DNA of 64,000 bases, taken from Macrostomum lignano (lineage: Eukaryota). The position numbers were made by a program, and so were the translations under genes. This document shows positions 36,425 through 46,800 of the stretch, piece after piece. Each line of letters begins with the position of its first letter. The stretch's first letter is position 1. The notes under the pieces are model-generated. The model saw nothing but the letters and a program-made list of their open reading frames with translations, was not told where the DNA came from and made no database searches. The stretch covers positions 97,053-161,052 of the forward strand of contig NIVC01002336.1 of NCBI GenBank assembly GCA_002269645.1. Direction: 5' to 3'.

Positions 36425-39400
36425 ATGACAGAGCCAGAGTCTGCTAGTGCTAATCAGTCTCAGTCAGAATTAATTAATGAAGAAGATCCTGATGCCTGTC
36501 TCGAGCATGATTCATTTGGAGCTGAGCAGATTGCCGCGGCAACTGAGCTGTCCGGCTTCGAGGACGACGGCGAGGCCGATGAGGATCTGTTTGAAGAACT
36601 GGAGCGGCTCCGGGAGAGCGGCTTTGCTACCGTAGACGAAGACGATGCCGATGATGGCGGCGGCGGTCTCGGCGGTGGCAGCGAAACAGCTTGGCGAATC
36701 GATCTGGAAACTGCTTTGCTTGACGACGAGTGCGACTTTGGCACCGTCAGAAATATCTGCAGGGGCCGCGCAGTGCCTGGCCACCTGCGTGCTCAGGTGC
36801 GTCTGAGCCTTGACTTTGTTGATTAGATCTGATGTCCCCGGATTCTTCAGTGAGACAGCCGCTCTGTCCCCTGATCCTTCAGTGTTTCAGTATCTCTAAC
36901 CCCTGATCCTTCAGTGTGTCAGTATCTCTAACCCCTGATCCTTCAGTGTGTCAGTATCTCTAACCCCTGATCCTTCAGTGTGTCAGTATCTCTAACCCCT
37001 GATCCTTCATAGAAACTGTACTCTCCGAGTTCTAAGTCGCATCTACTAATTTTGTAAAAAGCACTTTTTTAATTTAACTGCTTTCACCTTCTCCGCCCTC
37101 CAGGTGTGGTCCATCTGTCTGGGCGCGGCGTCTGGCGGTGCTCGGGCTGCCAGCCTTCTAGACGAATTCGACGGCCTGTTCGACTTGCCCGAACAGGCTG
37201 AGCTCCGCGCTGCCTGCCGGGATTTCGTACGCGACTGGGACGCCGGAGGCGGCGAAGGCGGCGTAGCAATGCAGTCGGATTTGGAGTCGATGCTGACGCA
37301 CTACTGCAAACTGACTGGTCGGAAGTTTCTGCCTGTGTGGCTTCAGGTATCAACCCATATCTGAGCTGACTTGGGATTATCCACTAATCCGTAGCTCACC
37401 TGACCGGAGATTATCCGCTAATCCGTATCTGATCTGACCTGAGATTATCCGCTAATCCGTATCTGATCTGACCTGAAATTATCCGCTAATCCGTAGCTCA
37501 CCGACCGGAGATTATCCGCTAATCCGTATCTGATCTGACCTGAGATTATCCGCTAATCCGTATCTTATCTGACCTGAGATTATCCGCTAATCCGTAGCTC
37601 ACCTGACCTGAGATTATCCGCTAATCCGTATCTGACCTGAGATTATCCGCTAATCCGTAGCTCACCTGACCTGAGATTATTCGCTAATCCTTATCTGATC
37701 TGACCTGAGATTATCCGCTAATCCGTATCCGATCCGACCTGAGATTATCCGCTAATCCTTATCTGATCTGACCTGAGATTATCTGCTAATCCGTATCTGA
37801 TCCGACCTGAGATTATCCACTAATCTGTATCTCTACGCCAAGGTGGTTCGAGCTCTACTTCAGCTGCCGCAGCAGCCGCCACAGCAGCAACAACCATCTA
37901 CCCGAGCCCTATTCCCAATGTTCTCGGCTCTGCTCACAAAGTACACGCCGAGACCCGAGCCGGCCTGTCACGTGTTCCGCCTGCTGTTGCAGTATCACGA
38001 GCCTGCGCTCAGCTCCCTGCTCGATAGTCTGCGACTGCCCGTGGCTGACTTTGCCTCCGACTGGATGGCCGGCCTACTGGCTCGAGACTTGGCGACGGAA
38101 GTGCTGCATCCGCTATGGGATATGTACTTCCTGCTGGCTGATCCATTTCTGCTATTGTTCATCGGTGCGTTATCTGTTGCTTTTTTCTAATGTCTTGTAG
38201 AAAAATTTTCCTGTCTACGTGCCTGACGATTAGAAAGCCAGGGCTGCTGTACACCCTGTGTGAGCGTGTGTGAGTGCGTGCCTGCGTACAGCATTGGGGA
38301 GCTAGTATTGTGCTCAGGAGTCAGCGGAATGGGCAGAATTGCCGTCAGGGCTGGTTGCGCGACATTGTCGCCGAAGGCGTTGCGACGGAGTTGGCCGCAG
38401 CCCTGCAAATAATTATTTATCTAAAGCACCTTCCGTGTTTTACCTTACTTTAATTCAGTCATCCCACCTTCCCCATCCTCCCATACCCCATACTCCCATG
38501 TTAAGCATGGTCTTGAACTCACACTAGCTCACCCGGCACCCTGCAGGTCTAGTATTTGTTGTCAACTGCAAGGAGTCCCTACTAGCACCGGACGTTGACG
38601 CCGAATCAGTTCGCCGAATGCTGAGCACAACGCCAAGCGCTCTAGGCGTAGCCGACGTGGCCGATTTGTGCACCTTGGCGCAGCACTACGCCTGCCGTAC
38701 GCCTGCCAGCCTGCGTACTCTGTTCACCGCCGCTCTATTTGGCGACGCCGAGCCCGATGCGGATCTGCTGATGGCGCTTTGCCTGCCAGTCACCGTTGCC
38801 GAGGTCACCAGGGATCCGCCGTTCACGCTGGTTAGAGCTGACTTTGTATTACTGACTAAACAGGTCATGGGGTATTCTAAAGTAGTCGCAACTGAGTTTA
38901 CCATGTACCCGAGATCCGCTCCTAGTGTGTACCGTGTACCCGAGATCCGCCCCCTAGTGTGTACCGTGTACCCACCGGGATCCGCCCCTAGTGTGTACCG
39001 TGCACTCGAGACCCGCCCCCTAGTGTGTACCGTGTACCCGAGATCCGCCCCCTAGTGTGTACCGTGCACCCGAGATCCGCCCCTAGTGTGTACCGTGCAC
39101 CCGAGATCCGCCTCTAGTGTGTACCGTGTACTTGAGATCCGCCTCTAGTGTGTACCGTGTACCCGAGATCCGCCTCTAGTGTGTACCGTGTACCCGAGAT
39201 CCGCCCCTAGTGTGTACCGTGTATCCGAGATCCGCCTCTAGTGTGTACCGTGTACCCGAGATCCGCCTCTAGTGTGTACCGTGTACCCGAGATCCGCCTC
39301 TAGTGTGTACCGTGCATCCGAGATCCGCCTCTAGTGTGTACCGTGTACCCGAGATCCGCCCCTAGTGTGTACCGTGCACCCGAGATCCGCCCCTAGTGTG

Positions 39401-41416
39401 TACCGTGTACCCGAGATCCGCCCCTAGTGTGTACCGTGCACCCGAGATCCGCCCCTAGTGTGTACCGTGTACCCGAGATCCGCCCTAGTGTGTACCGTGC
39501 ACCCGAGATCCGCCCCTAGTGTGTACCGTGTACCCGAGATCCGCCTCTAGTGTGTACCGTGTACCCGAGATCCGCCTCTAGTGTGTACCGTGTACCCGAG
39601 ATCCACCCCTAGTGTGTACCGTGTACCTCAGAGCTTAGCGTGAACCCTTATAGGAAATGCGCTAGTTAGATGGCGAAGCTTTTCCCATTCAAGATACAGT
39701 CATAGTTTCTCTCCCTGTTTACCTAACAATTAACTGTATACATTTACTCCCACAGGTGGACGTCCGCTCGCCCGATATGTATAATCGCGGCCACTTGGCC
39801 GGGGCTTACAACCTGGACAGCGGCCTGTTGCTCAGCCGGCCAACCGAATTCGACTCGGCTCTGGCCGCAGTTGTCCGAACAGCCAACGGTCCGCTGTGCG
39901 TTAGCGGGCACGGCCGCAAAGAGGAGGACACCACCACCGTGCTGGTGGCCGCCCAGCTGCTCCGTCGCCTGTGCCCCGGTGTCAGCATATTTCCGGGTGG
40001 CTACGCCGCTCTGCACAAAGAATTAGGCCCTAACAGATTAGCTGAGCACTGCCAGAAAACTTGTCCGGAATGTGCCAGGTCTGCGGCAGCCTCGTCTGGT
40101 GGACAGTCAAAGCAGCAACAGCAACAGTTGCCAAGTACCCAGCGTGCTAGCAATCAGCAGCAGGACCAGCCGCAGTCTAAACAGCAGCAGCAGCAGCAGC
40201 AGCAACGGCAGTTAGCAGCTCAAGGTGAGCAGCAGCTGTTTAAACGGTTGCGTCACAAAGCGGACAGCTTGGTGACAAAGATGAGCCAGCTAGCTCAGGC
40301 TGGAATCGCTATTAGCGGCGTTGACTCCGTTGGTGGCGGAGGCGGCAGTGGAAAGAATTCTTATCGCAACACTGGCGACGTATTTAGCCTGGAAGGCGAG
40401 GATGATGAAGAGGATGAGACTGAGGAGCTGGTGAGCTGAGATCTTATTTCTGTCTTTCATTGGGTGGTGTCTGGGCGACTGGAATGTCTGTGGATGCTCT
40501 CTATGGGCGACTGGGCTGTCTGTGGCTGCTGTCTATGGGCGACTGGGCTGTCTGTGGCTGCTGTCTATGGGCGACTGGGCTGTCTGTGGCTGCTGTCTAT
40601 GGGCGACTGGGCTGTCTGTGGATGCTCTCTATGGGCGACTGGGCTGTCTGTGGCTGCTGTCTATGGGCGACTGGCTTGTCTGTGGCTGCTGTCTATGGGC
40701 GACTGGCTTGTCTGTGGCTGCTGTCTATAGGCGACTGGGTTGTCTGTGGCTGCTGTCTATGGGCGACTGGCTTGTCTGTGGCTGCTGTCTATGGGCGACT
40801 GGCTTGTCTGTGGCTGCTGTCTATAGGCGACTGGGTTGTCTGTGGCTGCTGTCTATGGGTGACTGGGCTGTCTGTAGGTGACTAAGCAGTCTGTGGGGGA
40901 CTGGGCTGTCTATGGCTGATTGAGCTACCTATGGGTGACTGGGCTACCTGTCACACTTGTGGGTGACTGGGCTACATGAGTCAGGACTGCCAGTCAGTGC
41001 CAATAATGTAATAAAGCTATCAATCCCGTCGCCTCCCCTACCAGGTAAGCGTATCCACCTGGCAGCGGGACGCGTTGAGCAGCTATCCGTGCTCGTTACT
41101 ACTAGGAGACGATAACCAGCAAACGCCTGGCTATTTAATAATTCGTGAGCAGCACATGTACCTGTTGCGGCTCTGCCCCAAGCAGCCCGGTATGGCCGCC
41201 ATTGTCGTTCGCAGGCCGCTAGTCAAGGTGGTGAAAATCACATCGAAAAAGCGACTGCCGGAGTTTATCACGCTTAAATATGGCGACACGGACAAGGACG
41301 GAGTGACCCACCTCACCGATATGGATCGAGTGGTCATTCCCAAGGCTGGAGAGGCTACTAAAGATGTGAAAATGCAGATTATTAAACTGCTAGGCGGCGT
41401 GAGTCCACAGCAATAA
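36425..41416 (+). CDS. TBC1D23: TBC1 domain family member 23 (TBC + rhodanese + C-terminal PH-like domain, about 755 aa)
   Basis: Exons 36425-36796, 37104-37346, 37843-38164, 38547-38830, 39756-40430 and 41045-41416; GT-AG, phases consistent (2268 nt). Motifs CHVFRLLLQYHEP, LWDMYFLLADPF, AQHYACRTP, LCLPVTVAE, VDVRSPDMYNRGHL, SYRNTGDVFSL and KITSKKRLPEFITLKYG. Confidence 0.93.
36868..37010. repeat. 32-bp minisatellite, about 4.5 copies, TBC1D23 intron 1
   Basis: Unit CCCCTGATCCTTCAGTGTGTCAGTATCTCTAA. Confidence 0.92.
37372..37828. repeat. 34-bp minisatellite, about 13 copies, TBC1D23 intron 2
   Basis: Unit GAGATTATCCGCTAATCCGTATCTGATCTGACCT. Confidence 0.95.
38220..38405 (+). mobile_element. 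SINE body copy in TBC1D23 intron 3
   Basis: CCTGACGATTAGA..GCCAGGGCTGCTGTACACCCTGTGTGAGCG is shared with 49435-49480; the 3' part is shared with the DKC1 copies. Confidence 0.8.
38903..39628. repeat. 31-bp minisatellite, about 23 copies, TBC1D23 intron 4
   Basis: Unit CCGAGATCCGCCCCTAGTGTGTACCGTGTAC. Confidence 0.95.
40470..40980. repeat. 32-bp minisatellite, TBC1D23 intron 5
   Basis: Unit CTATGGGCGACTGGGCTGTCTGTGGCTGCTGT, degenerating toward the 3' end. Confidence 0.95.
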
Positions 41417-41649
41417 TTGTTTGGATGACCAGTTACAAATACGAGTAATATCATAATTTCTACCTGTGATTTTTTCATCTTTGACTTCAATTTATTAGTT
41501 AGTTGTGTTTCTTAAAAATTATTTGCCTTGAATTGGTCTGTTCTTGCAATGATTCAACTGCGACTTTGGGAATTGTCCGTGTCTGTGCATTTTGCCTGCG
41601 GCAGATTTTCCTGTCTGTCTTGAATATTTATTGAAAAGCGCCAGCAACA

Positions 41650-42170
41650 GGGAGGCGCCAGCTAAAGAGGGGGGCGCCAGCTACAGAGGGGGGCGCCAGC
41701 TACAGAGGGGGCGCCAGCTACAGAGAGGGGCGCCAGCTACAGAGTGTGCGCCAGCTACAGAGGGGGAGCCAGATACAGGGGGGCGCGGCGGGGCGCCAGA
41801 TACAGAAGGGGCGCCGGCTACAGAGAGGGCGCCAGATACAAGAGGGGCGCCAGCTACAAAGGGGGCGCCAGCTACAGAGTGTGCGCCAGCTACAGAGGGG
41901 GAGCCAGATACAGGGGGGGGGCGCCAGATACAGAAGGGGCGCCGGCTGCAGAGAGGGCGCCAGATACAGGAGGGGCGCCAGCTACAAAGGGGGCGCCAAC
42001 TACAGAGGGGGCGCCAGCTACAGAGGGGGCGCCAACTACAAAGGGGGCGCCAGTACAGAGTGTGCGCCATCTACAGAGGGGGCGCCAGCTACAGAGGGGG
42101 CGCCAACTACAAAGGGGGCGCCAGTACAGAGTGTGCGCCAGCTACAGAGGGGGCGCCAGCTACAGAGGAG
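41650..42170. repeat. 18-20-bp GC-rich minisatellite downstream of TBC1D23
   Basis: Unit GGGGCGCCAGCTACAGAG with longer-period variants. Confidence 0.93.
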
Positions 42171-43071
42171 CTGTTGCTAGTTTGTGTTTAGGCGGGAAAT
42201 TCCTGTCCTGTAAGGATCCCAACGTTGGTAAAAGCAACAAAGCGGTATGTATAACACAAAGGTTGCAGTGTGAACAGAAAACAATAATTAAAAAACTCCA
42301 GATTGCGTCACACAATTCGTATTATATTTGATTTTGATTTTACATAATAAAATATCTATTTCTGCCTATTGATCTCCGCTTTATCGCGGGCTTTATCTAT
42401 TTAATTTAATTTTTCAGTCAACTATTATAGATGCGTGTTATATTTATGACATCTTCAAATGAAATTTCGATTTGTCGCTATTGCAATCAATTAGTGCAAA
42501 GAGTAGCTGTGCGATAATGAAGTAAACCATAATAATTCTGCAAATGGTTCTTTGTTGTACTTGTACCTGTTTATAACTTATAGACCAGTTCCAATGTATT
42601 CTGCGCCGTTCTACCCTGCCCCTCCTAAAAGCCCCCCTCCGTTATCATCCATTGCTGCTCATGCTATTTTGTTGCCAACGGGTTTTAAACTCTTATGCTA
42701 CATGATGTTTTGATTAATTTTTGTCTCGTCTGTTTTGTTTGTTTATGAACCGCTTAGCACAATAGCTTTTTAGCTTCTGATTGTGATAATACACTGAATT
42801 GTCATTGACTAATACACATCTGCTGTTTGGCCAGCGTGTGCTTACTACTGTTAACAGTATGTGTTGTCAATTAACATGGTATACTGTTGCCATTATATCC
42901 CGACTAAAAATAAAAATTCTCTGCATTAAGACTTCTAGAACTATGGAACTTTGCTTAATTATATTTGGTACTTCAGAAAGTTCTAATTGGCTGCTGTAGA
43001 CTTTATTTCGAATCCTTATGCATCAATAGGGCCCACTGAAGGATTGCTTTTGATCTATGAACAATCTGTCA

Positions 43072-43648
43072 TTTTTGATTGGTCAGTGAAGAAAATGGCT
43101 TGCAACTCTGATTGGTCAGTGAAGAGAATTGCTTGCAACTCCGATTGGTCAGTGAAGAAAATGGCTTGCAACTCTGATTGGTCAGTGAAGAAAATGGCTT
43201 GCAACTCCGATTGGTCAGTGAAGAGAATGGCTTGCAACTCCGATTAGTCAGTGAAGAAAATGGCTTGCAACTCTGATTGGTCAGTGAAGAAAATGGCTTG
43301 CAACTCTGATTGGTCAGTGAAGAAAATGGCTTGCAACTCTGATTGGTCAGTGAAAAAATGGCTTGCAACTCCGATTGGTCAGTGAAGAGAATGGCTTGCA
43401 ACTCCGATTGGTCAGTGAAAAAATGGCTTGCAACTCCGATTGGTCAGTGAAGAAAATGGCTTGCAACTCTGATTGGTCAGTGAAGAGAATGGCTTGCAAC
43501 TCCGATTGGTCAGTGAAGAGAATGGCTTGCAACTCTGATTGGTCAGTGAAGAAAATGGCTTGCAACTCCGATTGGTCAGTGAAGAGAATGGCTTGCAACT
43601 CCGATTAGTCAGTGAAGAGAATTGCAATTGCATCTCCGATTGGTCAGT
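43072..43648. repeat. 33-bp minisatellite, about 17 copies, each with a CCAAT box, upstream of IBTK
   Basis: Unit GATTGGTCAGTGAAGAAAATGGCTTGCAACTCY; GATTGG at 43143 and 43176; some 32-bp units. Confidence 0.95.
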
Positions 43649-43855
43649 TGCCTCTGAGCTAGTCATTACAGAAACATTGATGCCATCTCTGATCTAAAGA
43701 AACTGTAGAATATTTGATTGTTTCTGTCCTTACTTCCAACAGCAAACGCCTAATTTTTTTAAACTAAAACTTTCAGGCTGCCTAAAATTCATTAACTCCC
43801 AAGTAGCCTTGCCGGCCTTGCGGGCCATCGCCGCGCCGATCCTCCTTAAGGCACA

Positions 43856-46800
43856 ATGTCGTCGTCAACTAATTCAACAACTGAATCGGCTGGCGGCGTC
43901 TCGCCCGAGGCCCACTGCTCAGCCAGATGTCGCTCCAGGCGTCACTGCCTTGAGATCAACGCCTGCCTGAGCCAGCTTCTTTTGAATATGGAGTCTGATG
44001 ATGATAACGAAGAGTCGGCGATGAAGCTGTTGAAGCTGTGCTCCAACATCGGTCAGGCGGTCGATCATCTTGGCCGGACTCCGCTTCACGTGGCCGCCGC
44101 CTCCGGTGCCGGCTCTCGCTTGTTGGACCGCCTGATTCGCCTGCATCGAATGAGCGTTGAAGCTCGAGACTGGGAGAACGGCTGGACACCGCTGCACCGG
44201 TGCGTGTACCACGGACAACTGGAAACTGCGGTGTGGCTCATATCCGTGAGTAGGATGCTGATTGATGCTTAGATCCCCATCAGGATACTGAGATCCTCAT
44301 CATGACACTCTGATCCCCATTATGACACTCTGATCCCCACTATGACACTCTGATCCCCATTATGACATTCTAATCCCCATTTCGATACTCTGATCCCCAT
44401 CAGGATACTGAGATCCTCATCATGACACTCTGATCTCCATCATGACACTCTGATCCCCATTATGACACTGATCCCCATTATGACACTCTAATCCCAATTA
44501 CGATACTCTGATCCCCATCATGACACTCTGATCCCCCATTATGACACTCTTATCCCCACTATGACACTCTGATCCCCATTATGAAACTCTAATCCCCATT
44601 TCGATACTCTGATCCCCATCAGGATACTGAGATCCTCATCATGACACTCTGATCCCCATTATGATACTCCGATCCCCATTATGATACTCTGATCCCCATT
44701 ATGGCACTCTGATCCCCATTGTGGCACTCTGATCCCCATTATGATACTCTGATCCCCATTATGGCACTCTGATCCCCATTATGATGCTCTGATCCCCATT
44801 ATGGCACTCTGATCCCCATTATGATACTCTGATCCCCATTATGGCACTCTGATCCCCATTATGACACTCTGATCCCCATTATGACACTCTGATCCCCATT
44901 ATGACACTCTGATCCCCATTATGATGCTCTGATCCCCATTATGGCACTCTGATCCCCATTATGATGCTCTGATCCCCATTATGGCACTCTGATCCCCATT
45001 ATGACACTCTGATCCCCATTATGATGCTCTGATCCCCATTATGGCACTCTGATCCCCATTATGACACTCTGATCCCCATTATGACACTCTGATCCCCATT
45101 ATGATACTCTGATCCCCATTATGGCACTCTGATCCCCATTATGACACTCTGATCCCCATTGTGGCACTTTGATCCCCATTATGATACTCTGATCCCCATT
45201 ATGGCACTCTGATCCCCATTATGACACTCTGATCCCCATTATGATGCTCTGATCCCCATTATGGCACTCTGATCCCCATTATGATGCTCTGATCCCCATT
45301 ATGGCACTCTGATCCCCATTATGACACTCTGATCCCCATTATGATGCTCTGATCCCCATTATGGCACTCTGATCCCCATTATGACACTCTGATCCCCATT
45401 ATGACACTCTGATCCCCATTATGATACTCTGATCCCCATTATGGCACTCTGATCCCCATTATGACACTCTGATCCCCATTGTGGCACTTTGATCCCCATT
45501 ATGATACTCTGATCCCCATTATGGCACTCTGATCCCCATTATGACACTCTGATCCCCATTATGGCAATCTGATCCCCATTGTGGCACTCTGATCCCCATT
45601 ATGGCACTCTGATCCCCATTATGATGCTCTGATCCCCATTTTGGCACTCTGATCCCCATTATGATACTCTGATCCCCATTATGACACTCTGATCCCCATT
45701 GTGGCACTCTGATCCCCATTATGGCACTCTGATCCCCATTATGATGCTCTGATCCCCATTATGGCACTCTGATCCCCATTATGATACTCTGATCCCCATT
45801 ATGGCACTCTGATCCCCATTATGATACTCTGATCCCCATTATGGCACTCTGATCCCCATTATGACACTCTGATCCCCATTATGGCACTCTGATCCCCATT
45901 ATGAAACTAATGCAAATTTGCGTTCGAGCGACGAATTGATTGCGCAATCTATTGGATTACGGAGTGAAGGCTAGGCCGAGTCGTTTCGTTTGTCTCAGAA
46001 GCCTTCGATAGCTGAATTTGAGTCAGCATAGTCTGATCGCTCGCCCCCCTCCAACTCGCCAGTCCTTCGGCGCCAGTCTATCCGCAACGGACCACAACGG
46101 CCTTACGCCGTTAGACTTGGCCGATCTGCTCGACATACCCCAGTCGGCCGCTTTTCCCGGCTCCCCGGCCGAGACCTGTCCGGGCTACGACGCCTACACC
46201 TGGGGCGACTCGGCCAACCACACCCTCGGCCGGCTGTGCCACTCCGACTGTCGGGACCAGCCGGCAGATTTAGTCCCCGGCCTGCCCGACGCCGCCGTTA
46301 TCGACATCTCCATGGGCATCTATCACAGCGCATTCGTTACTGCGGACGGCCGGGTGCTTGTCTGCGGATTCGGCCAGCACCGGCTGGGCCTGGCCGCCGC
46401 TGCCGCCGTGCTCTCGGCCGAGCCCACTCCGCTGCCCCGGCTAGCGTCGTCGGCGCCTGCCGCAGCGCTGCCGGATCCGGTCCGGTCGGTGGCGGTCGGC
46501 CGGGAGCACACGCTGATGCTCACCAGGTCTGGCCGGCTGATCGTAGCTGGCCAGGATCCCGGGGCGGCTTCCGCCCAGCTGTTGTCCAATGCGACAGCGG
46601 CTGCGGCCACAGCGGAATCGCATCTGCCTCGGCCAGTGGCCGGCTGGCGGCCGGAAACCGGCCGACGAGTTCTGGGCATAGCGGCGGCTCGCTACCACTC
46701 TGCTGTCGTCACCGAGTCTCAGGTTGGCGGGAAATCTGAAACTGGAAAGGGGTAGAGATAGGAAATGGGGAGAGAGAAGAAATTAAGGAGATGAGAAATG

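Noticed and set aside
38220-38405. Hammerhead (CTGACGA...GAAA) or HDV-like (GCGGAATGGG) ribozyme in the SINE body
   Set aside because: There is no stem II between CTGACGA and GAAA, GAAA is GACA in the other copy, and the GGGCTGC partner lies 3' of the putative J4/2, which breaks HDV topology.
43072-43648. Regular 28-34-bp repeats here and at 37372, 38903, 53790, 55437 and 61733 as CRISPR arrays
   Set aside because: Units are head-to-tail with no unique spacers, there are no cas genes, and the context is spliceosomal introns or intergenic DNA of a eukaryote.
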